Shown: positions 25,906 through 39,233 of the stretch, piece after piece
Layout of the letters: each line of letters opens with the position of its first letter
Numbering within the stretch: the stretch's first letter is position 1
Assembly: GCA_030390025.1 (NCBI GenBank)
Contig: CM059432.1
Span: forward strand, 128,404,001 to 128,468,000
Source: Squalus acanthias
Taxonomy: Eukaryota
DNA length: 64,000 nucleotides
Direction: 5' to 3'
Notes under the pieces: model-generated
The model's input: the letters and a program-made list of their open reading frames with translations, nothing else
What the model was told of the DNA's origin: nothing
The model's database searches: none
Position numbers and translations under genes: made by a program

Positions 25906-27559
25906 TATATTTGTATAATTCTAAATACATGGCTACTTCCATGCCCAAAAAAAGTAATAAATTTGGTGGAATGGAAGAATTCAAATTTGTTATATCTAGC
26001 TATCTGAAATTTATTATACAATGTCTTGTATGTAATGCCTATCTGCAACATCCAACCTTAGAAAGGTATCACAACTCAGTATGGCACTCAGAATGTCTTC
26101 GACTTCAAAAGCATTAGCATCTGTAGGGCAAAAAGAGCACAATTGGCTCGGGTAACCGGTATACGTTAAGTTAATAATTATTTTGCATTTAATCAATGGG
26201 AATTTGACTCAATCAAACAACAGTTCTGTTTGGAAGTTTTCCTACTTGTCTCAAATCAGTAATGAACAAGTACCACAAAACCACCGAATCAAATTATTTC
26301 AATTTCTTTCAAACCCTCCAATCTGATGCCAGCAGCTACCACAAAACAAACCAATTAAATCACTCAAATAATTTCTTCTTAGTTTTTGGTTGCTGTTTTC
26401 CTTCACTCAAATCTGTGGTTCCATGTTTCCCTCCTGCCTTCTGCTCATTTCCTCTATTGGAGGTACAACTTACACTGGAAGTACAAGTTATAAGCAAGTG
26501 GTTTTCCTTAACTTCAGGATCAGCTGATTAGTGAGTGCTGCTCTTGCGTTCAAAAACGAAAGTGAAAAAGAAGCATGAAAAGTGCTTCGGTAATCAGCTG
26601 ATCTACCTGTCGATATGCTGTCAGCATGTCCATCCTCTTAATATTTCTGGTCTACAGTAGTGCATTGTTGTGTCCTTGACTCGTACAGTCAGGGCCACCA
26701 CCCTGGATCTATTGAAACATCAACTTGAAGATTATGTGGCCTTTGGTACAAGCCTGTGGCTCTGAATCCACTACTCTGTCCAGGCCAGACCCCAGTAGTA
26801 TCCCCAGTCTCTCCTGCCCAGATCCCAATCCCTACTTTGTCTTCTATCCACATGTCGGCATCACTCTGGGTGCTGCCTTCTCATCCAGCCCAGATCCCCA
26901 CTTTATCGGATACAGTTTGGTGTTTGTGTTGTTGCGTGCCCTCGACTTTACTAGTAGAGAAACAATATAGCGTTAAAAAGACATGAACATTTTGCTGTAG
27001 TATGGCTTGGACCAACATGTCTAAAATAATGCTCAACCATATATAACTTCATAATTGATTTAAAAAACTTGGAGTTGCAGAGTAAAGCCAGCTGACTGAC
27101 GCGTTGACTGGTAATCCTAAAATGTACTTGACATCTAGTTTGGCTTACTTGAATTGTGACTTCTGCTGGTATATTTCATAGCAGCATTGCTGATAGACAT
27201 GGATAAAGTTGAGACTCCCACCCTCGTAAATAGGGTGGATAAATAGTGGCAGGTGGACTTGGAATTGAAAGAAAAAAATTACTTTTAAAAGGAAGAGTTT
27301 TCTAAAGAAAGAAATAAGACAAGTTTACTGTCCAACATACGAGTGTACAGTGTCTTTGGGATTGATTTTGATATTGCAGATGTTTGATCCCAGCACTGAA
27401 ATTTTACAATTATTGCTCAATCAGAAAAATACATTTGATTTATTGTATTTAGTGTTTGAGATTATGCAAATGTGCTCAAACTTATAGATTATGCAATTTT
27501 TATAATTTATCCCAAACTGCAACTGCTTAACACTGCTCGCTGCAAGGGCGATTCAACAG

Positions 27560-28290
27560 GAACAACTACTTTCATTTATATAGTGAGTTGAACGTAGAAA
27601 AAATGTCCCAAGGCACTTCACAGAGGTGTAAGGAAAACATGAGTACTGAGCCAAAGAAAGAGATATTTGGAGCGGTGATAAAATTCATCCCTTTGCCCAA
27701 ACTTTTTAAGAAGGGTCTTCAGAGGATAGGGAGATGGAAAGGTGGAGGGATTTAGGGTATGGCTTCCAGTAGTGGGGCGAAGGGAGGGTGAATGCATAAG
27801 AGGCCAAAGTCAGTGGAACGGAGAGTTTGGGGGTGGGGGAGGCATGTTGTAAGACTGGAGGAGGTTAAAGAGAGAGGGAGAGGTGAGGCTGGGATAGGAT
27901 TTAAACATAGGATAGAGCATTTTAAATTTCAGGCTTGGGGGCCTGGGACCCAATGTAGGTCAGTGAAGACGGGCGATGGGTCAGCAGGATTTGGTGCTGA
28001 ATAGGATAGGGGCAGCAGAGTTTTGGATGAGCTGAAGTTTATGGAGGGTGAGAGGCTGGCCAGGAGAGTATTAGAATAGTCAAGTCTGGAGGTGACACAG
28101 GCATATTGTGGGGTGGGGTTTAGCAGCAGATGGGCTGAGGCAGGGATGGAGGCAGGCAATGTTATGGAGGTGGAAGTAGGCGACTTTGGTGATGGAAAGG
28201 ATATGGTAACAGAAACTCAGCTCTGGGTCGAATAGGATGCCGAAGTTGCAAAGTTTAGTTGAGCCTGAGGCAGTGATCGGGAAGGGGGAC
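27560..28290 (-). mobile_element. L2 LINE 3' fragment
   Basis: ORF 27929-28159 VTSRLDYSNTLLA, LHWVP; L2 tail near 27570. Confidence 0.8.
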
Positions 28291-28319
28291 GGAATAGAAT
28301 AGTGGAGACCCCGCGTACT

Positions 28320-29750
28320 GGGAAAGATGTAAAGAACAGCAAAGTAGTAAGAGCTGCAAAAAAGGGACTATGAGAAAAAAACAAAATGTTTTTACAAGTA
28401 TATTACGAGAAAGGGGGTGGTTAAGGGTAATGTGGGCCCCTTAAAGACAGACACAGGTGATATTGTAATTGAAAATAAGGAAATGGCAGATTTTCTAAAT
28501 ACTTACTTTGTATCGGTCTTCACAGTAGAGGATGAGGTTTTAGTACCAGAGATATGAGGAAAAATAAATTAAGGGGAGGAACTTACTACATTTTAATATA
28601 AGTAAAAAATGGTAATGGAGAAAAAATGAGATTGAAGATTGACAAATCTTCAGGACCTGATGGTTTCCACCCCAGGTTATTAAAAGAAGTAGGTGAGCAA
28701 ATTGCAGATGCTTTAGTCATGATCTTATAAAACCTTCGATTCAGGCATTGTTCCCTTGGATTAGAAAATTCTGAATGTCACTCCATTATTTAAGCAGGGT
28801 GGGAGAAAGAAATCAAGAAATTATAAATTATTGGTCTGACGCCTGTCGGGGGCGGGGGGGGGGAAGTTACACGAATCTTTCATTTAGGGATAGAGTGACT
28901 GAGCAATTGGACAAATATGAACTGATCAGAGAGAGCCAGCATGGATTTGCAAAGAGTAAACTTTGTCCAAACTAACCTAACTGAATTTTTTGTGGAGATC
29001 ACTAATGTGGTAGATAAGGGAGTGGCTATGGATGTTGTTTATATGAACTTCCAGAAGGCATTCAATAAGGTTCCATACAAGAGACTGTTAGCGAAAATGG
29101 GCGCATGAAATTGGAGGCAACTTATTGACATGGGTAGGAAATTGGTTAGGAGGTAGGAAACCGAGAGTAAGGATACTGGGTATGTACTCCAATTGGCTGG
29201 ATGTGACTAGTAGTGTTCCCCAGTGATCTGTACTGGGGCCTCCGCTTTTCACTGTATTTATCAATGACTTGGATGAAGGGGTAGAGAGCCGTATATCCAA
29301 GTTTGCTGACGACACTAAGCTTGATGGCACAGTAGATAGTGTAGATGGGAGCAGAAAGTTGCAAAGGGACACTGATGGATTAAGTGAGTGAGTAGAACAG
29401 TGGCAGATGGAGTTCAGTGTAGGGAACGGTAAGGTCATCCACTTTGGACCTAAGAAAGATAGATCAGAGTATTTTCTAAATGGTGAGAAGCTAGGAACTG
29501 TGGAAGAGCAGAGAGATTTAGGGGTCCATGTACAGAAATCACTAATGGGTACAAAAAATAATTTAAAAGGCTAATGGATTGTTAGCCTTTATCTCAAGGG
29601 GCTGGAATACAAAAGGGTGGAAGTTATGCTGCAGCTGTGTACAGCTCTGGTTAGACTGCATCCGGAGTACAGCATTCAGTTCTGGGCACCGCAACTCAGG
29701 AAAGATATATTAGCCTTAGAGGAGGTGCAGTGCAGATTCACCAGAATTAT
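28320..29750 (+). mobile_element. Degenerate CR1 RT fragment
   Basis: SGPDGFHP, SQHGF, FQKAF and KFADDTKL motifs with many stops. Confidence 0.85.
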
Positions 29751-29754
29751 GTCT

Positions 29755-29900
29755 ATACCAAAATAGATTTGTTGGTCATATCATTTGCAGTTTGAGGGAA
29801 TCTTGCTGTGCACAAATTAGTTGTCACGTTTCCAACAGTGACTGTCTTTCAAAAGGAATTAATTGGATGTGAAGCTTTGGGATGTCTTGTATTTGCATTG
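29755..29900 (+). mobile_element. SINE 3' part with L2-type tail
   Basis: atcttgctgtgcacaaattag...acagtgact...aagctttgggatgtc. Confidence 0.55.
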
Positions 29901-30666
29901 CATACAATGGTAATCCTAATTTGATGAAACTGATTGCAAGGAAAATAATTGTTTATCAGTTTCAACTTTAATGATCAGACCATTATGTTAGACAGATGCA
30001 TAGGAGATTATTGAGCAATTGCAGTAGAATATCATGAATCTGGGTATGCTGCAACTCAAAGTATGGAGCAATGGAATTTTATTCTAGGTCCTGATAAACT
30101 GTACAGATTTTGACTTGGTAAATCCTGATTTGAGTAGTGAATCGTGTCTTTAATTCAACATACCTTGTGTAGAATTCAAGGAGTCTCCATGAGCAGAACA
30201 TGTTACAGTTTGCTTTGTTGATTATTGTTTCTATCTGAATTGCACTTGCAAAGAAAGCTATATTGATGCCCAGCTGCTATCATTAATGTGATATAGGCGA
30301 GGTACAAAAGAGTGAATTGTCTGCAGTATAAATCAGTCAATTAATTTAGACTTTTGAGATGATTTGTAAATGTTATGCCCTCAACTCATGAAAGGTTTTT
30401 GCTTTAGCACAAATTACAGGGTTTTCTATACTTCCAAATTATAGGGTGGAATTTTGTGCCCGAGATACTAAACAGCTACCTGTTTCATGTAGTTTTATCT
30501 TTTAAAAATGATTGACATTTTTTCTCTCTCATTTTATCGTTCTATTTCTGTTATTTCTTGTTCACCCCAACCTCCCTTACACATCATGATCTGAAATGGG
30601 GACCTGGAATGTGAAGTGATGAGTCCATTGATTTGAGGCACACCAGCAATTCCTACTGTGTAGGAG

Positions 30667-33602
30667 ATGATTCATAATGGGAACCTGAGCAGGGAGACAG
30701 AGGAAAGCATGTCAGGAAGGGACAGAAGGTATGGAGTAAAAGGTAAAGTGTTAAATAAGGAAAAAGCAGGAAGTAAGTGTCGCAAAACACATTTGAAAGT
30801 TCTTTATCTGAATGCACGTAGCATTCGTAACAAAATTGACGAGTTAACGGCACAAATAACTATGTATGGGTATGATCTTGTGGCCATTACAGAAACATGG
30901 CTGCAGGGTGACAACGTCTGGGAATTAAATATGCCAGGGTATTTAACAATCAGGAAGGACAGGCAGGAAGGAAGGGGAGGGGGGGTGGCTATGTTAATAA
31001 AGGAAGGAATCACTGTAATACAGAGAAATGATATTGGGTCAAAAGATCAGGATAATGAAACAGTTTGGGTAGAGATTAGGAATAATAAGGGGAAAAAAAC
31101 ACTGGTGGGTGTAGTATATAGGCCTCCTAATAGTTACAACTCTGTTGGAAGAAGTATTAATCAGGAAATAGTTGGGGCATGTAATAAGGGAACAGCTATA
31201 ATTATGGGGGATTTTAACTATCATATTAACTGGACAAATCAAATTGGGCAAGGCAGCCTTGAGGAAGAGTTTATTGAGTGTATTAGTGATGGATTTCTTG
31301 AGCAGTATGTAACTGATCCTACAAGGGGGCAAGCAACCTTGGACCTGGTACTGTGTAATGAGTCTGGATTAATTAATAATGTCCTAGTTAAGGATCCCCT
31401 TGGAATGAGTGACCATAACATGGTTGAATTCCATATCCAATTAGAGGGTGAGAAGGTTGGTTCTCAAACAAGCATACTGAGCTTGAATAAAGGAGACTAT
31501 GATGGCATGAGAGCAGAATTGATTAAAGTGGACTGGGAAAATAGATTAAAGGGTAAGACGGTACATGAGCAGTGGTGTTCATTCAAGGAGTTATTTTACA
31601 ACTTTCAAAATAAATATATTCCACTGAGGAAAAAAGGGTGTAAAAGAAATGACAGCCATCCATGGCTAAGTAAAGAAATTAAAGAAAGTATCCAACTAAA
31701 AACAAGGACATATAAGGTAGCCAAAGTTAGTGGGAGGATAGAAGATTGGGAAGCCTTCAAAAGACAACAAAAAGTAACTAAAGGATTGATTAAGAAAGGG
31801 AAAATAGACTATGAAAATAAATTAGCAAAAAATATAAAAACAGATAGCAAGAGTTTCTATAGTTATATAAAAAGAAAAAGGGTGGTTAAGGCAAACGTAG
31901 GTCCCTTAGAGGATGAGACCGGGAAATTAATGGTGGGAAACATGGAGATGGCAAAAATGCTGAACAAATATTTTGTTTCAGTCTTTATGGTAGAGGACAC
32001 TAAGAATATCCCAACACTGGACAAACAGGGGGCTCTAGTGGGGGAGGAGCTAAATACGATTAAAATCACTAAGGAATTGGTACTCAGTAAAATAATGGGA
32101 CTCAAGGTGAATAAATCCCCTGGACCTGATGGCTTACATCCTAGGGTCTTGAGGGAAGTGGCAGTAGGAATTGTGGATGTTTTGGTAATAATTTTCCAAA
32201 ACTCCCTGAACTCAGCAAAGGTCCCGGCAGATTGGAAAGCTGCTAATGTAACACCCTTATTTAAAAAGGGTTGTAGGCAGAAGGCTGGAAATTATAGACC
32301 AGTTAGCCTAACATCTGTGGTGGGTAAAATTTTGGAGTCTATTATTAAGGAGACAGTAACGGAACATTTAGATAAACATAATTTAATAGGACAAAGTCAG
32401 CATGGCTTTATGAAGGGGAAGTCATGTCTGACAAATTTGCTCGAGTTCTTTGAGGACATAACGTACAGGGTGGATAAAGGGGAACCGGTGGATGTAGTGT
32501 ATTTAGACTTCAGAAGGCATTCGACAAGGTGCCACATAAAAGATTATTACTCAAGATAAAAAATCACTGGATTGGGGGTAATATTCTGGCATGGGTGGAG
32601 GATTGGTTATCTAACAGGAAGCAGAGAGTTGGGATAAATGGTTCATTCTCGGACTGGCAACCAGTAGCCAGTGGTGTTCCGCAGGGGTCGGTGCTGGGTC
32701 CCCAACTCTTTACAATCTATATTAACGATTTGGAGGAGGGGACCGAGTGTAACATATCAAAGTTTGCAGATGATACAAAGATGGGAGGGAAAGTAGAGAG
32801 TGAGGAGGACATAAAAAGCCTACAAGGGGATATAGACAGGCTGGGTGAGTGGGCAGAGATTTGGCAGATGCAATACAATATTGGAAAATGTGAGGTTATG
32901 CACTTTGGCAGGAAAAATCAGAGAGCAAGTTATTATCTTAATGGCGAGAAACTGGAAAGTACTGCAGTACAAAGGGATCTGGGGGTCTTGGTGCAAGAAA
33001 ATCAAAAAGTTAGTATGCAGGTGCAGCAGGTGATCAAGAAAGCCAATGGAATGTTGGCTTTTATTGCTAGGGGGATAGAATATAAAAACAGGGAGGTATT
33101 GCTGCAGTTGTATAGGGTATTGGTGCGACCGCACCTGGAGTACTGCATACAGTTTTGGTGTCCATACTTAAGAAAAGACATACTTGCTCTCGAGGCAGTA
33201 CAAAGAAGGTTCACTCGGTTAATTCTGGGGATGAGGGGGTGGACATACGAGGAGAGGTTGAGTAGATTGGGACTCTACTCATTGGAGTTCAGAAGAATGA
33301 GAGGCGATCTTATTGAAACATATAAGATTGTGAAGGGGCTTGATCGGGTGGACGCGGTGAGGATGTTCCCAATGATGGGTGAAACTAGAACTAGGGGACA
33401 TAATCTTAGAATAAGGGGCTGCTCTTTCAAAACTGAGATGAGGAGAAACTTTTTCACTCAGAGGGTAGTGGGTCTGTGGAATTTGCTACCCCAGGAAGCT
33501 GTGGAAGCTACTTCATTAAATAAATTTAAAACAGAAATAGACCGTTTCCTAGAAGTAAAGGGAATCAGGGGTTACGGGGAGCGGGCTGGAAATTGGACAT
33601 GA
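30667..33602 (+). pseudogene. CR1 ORF2 (APE endonuclease + reverse transcriptase), single frameshift
   Basis: YLNARS, ITETWL, YRPP, GDFN, SDHN; RT NYRPVSLTS, GVPQGSVLGP, FADDTK; 1-nt deletion in LDFQK (gacttcagaag, ~32507-32517). Confidence 0.93.
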
Positions 33603-33795
33603 GTTTGAGTTCGGATCGGTCAAGGCCCTGTGGGTGGCGGAGCGGGCCCAGGGGCCGAGTGGCCTGGTCCTGCTCCTACTTCTTGTGTTCTTTAGAGTTG
33701 AGGTTGGATCAGATCAGCCATGATCTCATTGAATGGCGGAGCAGGCTCGAGGGGCCGATTGGTCTACTCCTGCTCCTATTTCTTATGTTCTTATG
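30667..33795 (+). mobile_element. Young CR1 LINE with complete ORF2 region and duplicated 3' module
   Basis: ORFs 30667-32559 and 32529-33602; tail ttcttatgttcttatg. Confidence 0.95.
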
Positions 33796-34231
33796 TCTTG
33801 GTGATCTTGCGAATTTGTAATTGGGGATTTTAAAATAACGAGCAAATATTTTGGAAAAAAACACATTCTGTATTCGTGAGAAAGGGGGAAGGAGATGCAG
33901 TGGTAGTTGTACTCATGCAACAGCGTTTTTTGAAGAACACGTGAATTTCTACTCTATAATGTCACCAGCTCATTTGAGCAAACCATAAAATGACACACAG
34001 ATTTCGGTGTTCTGCATAACAAAATGTTTGCTGAATGTTAAGATACATACAATACTTCCAATAATATCCTATCAAGCCTGGATTTTTTTTTTCCCTTGTG
34101 TTGAAATCTGTGCGGCATACATATTAATTGAAAGCTTTTCTTTACCACTTCTATGAGTGTAAAGTCTGTTAAAGTAGATGATTATTTTCAATGAGTATTG
34201 TGATACCTTTCAAAAAATAACATTGGCAGAC

Positions 34232-34316
34232 TCCCCTGATGGTTCAACAAATTCGAGTAGCGAGATAGACCAGGAAGGTAGCTGACCTCAGTGGGAGCAG
34301 TGGTAGAGATGCTACA
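34232..34316 (+). mobile_element. 5' half of old SINE (3' half at 46908-47050)
   Basis: The joined halves align with the 8700-9060 family; CTACA repeated at 34312-34316 and 46908-46912. Confidence 0.6.
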
Positions 34317-34941
34317 TCGGAACAGGAGTAGGCCATTGAGCCCCTCGAGCCTGTTCTGCCATTCAATGTGATCATGGCTGATCTGTGACCTAACTCCATA
34401 TACCTGCCTTTGGCCCATATCCCTTAGTACCTTTAGTTAACAAAAAGCTATCAATCTCTGATTTACAATTAACAATTGATCTAGCATCAATTGCTGTTTG
34501 CAGAAGTAAATTCCAAACTTCTACCACCCTTTGTGTGTAGAAGTGTTTCCTAATTTCACTCCTGTAAGGTCTGGCTCTAATTTTTAGACTATGCCCCCTA
34601 GTCCTAGAATTCCCAACCAGCGGAAATAGTTCTCCCTGTCTACCCTATCTGTTCCCCTTAATATCTTGAAAACTTCGATAAGGTCATCCCTTAACCTTCT
34701 AAATTGTAGGGAATGCAACCCTAATTTGTGTAATCTTTCCTCGTAACTTAACCCTTGAAGTCCGGGTATCATTCTGGTAAACCTATGCTGCACTCCCTCC
34801 AAGGCCAATATATCCTTCCTAAAGTATGGTGCCCAGAACTGCTCACAGGTGTGGTCTAACCAGGATTTTGTATAGCTGCAGCATAACTTCTACCCCCTTG
34901 TATTCGAGTGCTTTGGATATAAAGGCTAGCATTCCATTAGT

Positions 34942-35122
34942 ATGGCTATGAGTATATTCAAGACCGAGATCGATAGATTTTTGAATATTAAGGGAATCGA
35001 GGGATATGGGGATAGTGCAGGAAAGTGGAGATGAGGTAGAAGATCAGCCATGATCTTATTGAATGGCTGAGCAGGCTCGAAGGGCCAAATGGCCTTCTCC
35101 TGCTCCTATTTCTTATGTCCTT
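34942..35122 (+). mobile_element. Heavily truncated CR1 3' end nested in CR1-A
   Basis: CR1 3'UTR; TSD ATTAGT (34936-34941, 35123-35128). Confidence 0.85.
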
Positions 35123-35614
35123 ATTAGTCTCTAATTGTTTTCTGTATCTGTTCATGACATTTTAATGATCTATGTACCTGGACCCCCAAGTCTCATGGGA
35201 CTGCCACTGTTTTTAGCTTTTCACCATTTAGACAGTGCCCTGTTCTATCCTTTTTAGTCCCAAAGTGGATGACCTCACATTTGCCTACATTGAAATCCAT
35301 TTGCCACAGTTTTGCTCATTCACTTAATCTGTCGATTATCCCTTTGTAATTTTATGCTTTCATCTACACTGCCTACAATACTGCCTATCTTTGTGTCATC
35401 GGCAAATTTGGGTATATGACTTTCTATGCCATCATTTAAGTCGTTAATAAATACAATGAATAGTTGAGGCCCCAACACAGATCCCTACGGGACACCATTA
35501 GTGCCAATTTGAGTACCTACCCATTATCCCTACTGCCTGTCTCTTGCCGCTCAGCCAGTTTCCTAACCAGGTCAATAATTTGCCCTAAATTCTGTGGGCT
35601 TCTACCTTAGTTAA

Positions 35615-35720
35615 GACTCCACTTCAAAAGTACTTCATTGGCTGTAAAGTGCTTTGAGACGTCCAGTGGTCGTGAAAGGCGTTATATAAATGCAAGTCGT
35701 TCTTTCGTTCGTTTGTTCTT
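35615..35720 (+). mobile_element. L2-tailed SINE 3' fragment nested in CR1-A
   Basis: cttcaaaagtacttcattggctgtaaagtgctttg...tatataaatgcaagtc. Confidence 0.8.
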
Positions 35721-37530
35721 TAACAGTCTCTTATGTGGGACCTTATCAAATGCCTTCTGGAAGTCCATATAAATAACATCCATAGACATTCCCCTGTCCA
35801 CTACTTTAGTCACCACCTCAAAAAATTCAATCAGGTTTGTCAGGCATGACCTACCTTTCACAAATCCATGCTGGTTCTCTCTGATCAACTGAAAATTTTC
35901 GAGGTGTTCAGTGACCCTATCTTTAATTATAGACTCTAGCAATTTCCTGACAACAGATGTTAAGCTAACTGGTCTATAATTCCCTGGCTTCCCCCTCTTG
36001 CCATTATTAAATATCGGAGTGACATGCACAACTTTCTAATCTAAAGGAACGATTCCTGAATCGAGAGAACTTTGGAAGATTATAGTTAGGGAATCTGCAA
36101 TGTGCTCACCTACTTCCTTTAAAACCCTGGGATGGAAACCATCTGGTCCTGGGGATTTGTCACTCATTAGTGCCATTATTTTCTTCATTACTGTTATTTT
36201 ACTTGCGTTAATTTTATTGAGTCCCTGTCCCTGATTCAATATTAGTTTCCTTGGGATTTCTGGCATGGTATCCTCTTCCTCTGCTGTAAATACTGACGCA
36301 AAGTAATTATTCAACATGTCCGCCATTTCCTTATTCTCATTGACAATATCACCGTTTTCAGTTTTTAAGGGGTCAACATTGCTCCCGACTACCCTCTTTT
36401 TCCTAATATAATTGTAAAAATTCTTTGTGTTGATGTTGATATCCATTGCAAGTTTCTTTTCATACTTCCCTTTTGTAGCTCTTACTATCTGTTTTGTGAC
36501 CCTTTGCTGTTCTTTGTATCTTTCCCATTCACCAGGATCTGTGCTATTTTTTGCATTTTTGTATGCTTTTTCTTTTAGTTTTATGCTGTCCCTTACCTCT
36601 TTGGTCATCCATGGCTGTTTTTTTTGGCAAGTAGAGCTCTTTTCCATCAGGGTTATAAACTGGTTCTGTGTCACCTTAAATTCTTTTTTGAACATCTCCC
36701 ACTGATCTTCTGTCGTCTTACCCATTAACAGATTTGCTCAGTTTACTGTGGACAGTCTCTGTCTCATCCTATTGAAGTCGGCCTTACCCAAATCTAGAAT
36801 CTTAGCTGTTTCGTGTTTCTCCCTTTCAAACGCTACGTTGAACTCGATCATGTTATGATCGCTATTGGATAAATGTTCACGCAGTTAGGTTGTTAACTAA
36901 ATCTGGCTCATTACTCATTACTAAATCTAATATGGCATGCCCCCTTGTTGCCTCCAGGACATATTGTTGTAGAAAACTATCCCGGGCACACTCAAAAAAT
37001 TCACTACCTTTCTTCAGGTACTAATCTGCTTATCCCAATCTATATGAAAGTTAAAATCCCCCATTAAAACCACTCTGCCTTTGCTACATGCTGGCCTAAT
37101 CTCTACATTTATACAATCTAGCACGTCACAGCTGCTACCAGGGGGCCTATACACAACTCCCACTACAGTCTTAAATCCTTTCCTATTTCTTAATTCTACC
37201 CATAAAGTCTCCACTGTCTGCTTACCTCTCGTTATATCCTCTCTTAGCATTGAAGTGATTTAATCTTTAATCACTAAGGCTACTGCTCCCCCTCTGCCAT
37301 TTTCCCTATCTTTCCTGTAGACCTTGTAACCTGGTATATTTAGTTCCCAGTCCTGACCGTCTTGCAGCCATGTCTCAGTAATGGCTACCCTGTCATACCC
37401 TCCAATTTGAATTTGCGCCTGCAGTTCATTCAATTTATTCCTCATACTCCGTGCGTTTGTATAAAGAATGCTTATTTGGGCCACACCCTAGCCTGTCCTT
37501 CAGCTCTAACGTTTTACTCACTTTCTTTTT

Positions 37531-39233
37531 TAAGAACATAAGAAGTAAGAGTAGGAGTAGGCCATTTGGCCCTTCGAGCCTGCTCCACCATTCAGTAAGA
37601 TCACTGCTGATCTTCTACTTCATCTCCACTTTCCTGCACTCCCCATATCCCTTGATTACCTTAATATCCAAAAATCTATCGATCTCTGTCTTGAATATAC
37701 TCAACGACTGAGCCTCCACAGCCCTCTGGGGTAGAGAATTCCAAAGATTCACCACCCTCTGAGTGAAGAAATTTCTCCTCGTCTCAGTCCTAAATGGCCG
37801 ACCCCTTATTTTGAGACTGTGACCCCTGGTTCTAGACTCCCCAGCCAAGGGAAACATCCTCCCTGCATCTACCCTGTCAAGCCGTGTAAGAATTTTGTAT
37901 GTTTCAATGAGATCACCTCTCATTCTTCTGAACTCTAGAAAATATAGGCCTAGTCTACTCAATCTGTCCTCCTAGGACAATTCCCCCCATCCCAGTAACC
38001 AGTCTGGTGAACCTTCATTGCACGTATATCCTTCCTTAGGTAAGGAGACCAAAACTGTACACAATACTCCAGGTGTGGTCTCACCAGGGCCCGCTATAAT
38101 TGCAGTAAGACGTCTTTACTCTTATACTCTTATACTCAAATCCTCTTGTAATAAAGGCCAACATACCATTTGCTTTCCTAATTGCTTGCTGTACCTGCAT
38201 GCTAACTTTGTGATTCTTGTACAAGGACACCCAGGTCCCACTGAACACCAACATTTCCCAATCTCTCACTATTTAAAACATAATCTGCTTTTCTATTTTT
38301 CCTACCAAAGTGGATAACTTCATATTTCTCCACATTATATTTCATTTGCCATGTTCTTGCCCACTCACTTAGCCTGTCTATATCCCCTTGAAGCCTCCTT
38401 GCATCCTCCTCACAACTTACATTCCCACCCAGCTTTGTATTATCAGCAAACTTGGATATATTACATTTGGTCCCATCATCCAAATCATTGATGTAGATTG
38501 TGAATAGCTGAGGCCCAAGCACTGATCCTTGCGGTACCCCACTAGTTACAGCCTGCCAACCCGAAAATGACCCGTTTATTCCTACTCTCTGTTTTCTGTC
38601 CGTTAACCAATCCTCAATCCATGCAAGTATATTACCCCCAATCCCATGAGCCCTAATTTTGTTTAATAACCTCTTGTGTGGTACCTTATCGAATGCCTTC
38701 TGAAAATTCAAATACACCACATCCATTGGTTTCCCCTTATCTATTCTGCTAGTTACAACCTCAAAAAACTCCAACACGATTTCCCTTTCATAAATCCGTG
38801 TTGACTCTGCCCAATCCTATTATTATTTTCTAAGTACCCTGTTACCACGTCCTTAATAATAGATTCTAGCATTTTCCCTACTACTGATGTCAGGCTAACT
38901 GGTCTGTAGTTCCCTGTTTTCTCTCACCCTCCTTTCTAAAATAGTGGGGTTACATTTGCTACCTTCCAATCCGCGGGAACCGTTCTAGAATCTATGAAAT
39001 TTTGGAAAATGACAACCAATGCAACCACTATCTCTATAGCCACCTCTTTCAAAACCCTAGGATGTAGGCCAGCAGGTCCAGGGGATTTTGTCGTCTTTCA
39101 GTCCCATTAAATACTCCAGAACTATTTTTTTACTAATACTAATTTCTTTCAGTTCCTCATTTTCGCCAGAGCCTTGGTTCTCCACTATTTCCAGGAAGTT
39201 TTTTGTGTCGTCTTCCGTGAAGACAGGCACATA
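37531..39233 (-). mobile_element. CR1-B LINE; continues at 46648-46795 beyond the Harbinger
   Basis: ORFs 38202-38777 and 37615-37962; junction gaagacaggcac|...|aaagtatttgtttaat restores the LNKYF..VFTE motif. Confidence 0.9.

Larger units (their letters stand above)
34317..37525 (-). mobile_element. CR1-A LINE (APE+RT, degenerate); probable 5' remainder at ~46796-46907
   Basis: ORFs 37260-37484 (YTNARS, ITETWL), 37014-37250, 36036-36725, 35682-36029, 34584-34808; tail at 34317. Confidence 0.9.
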
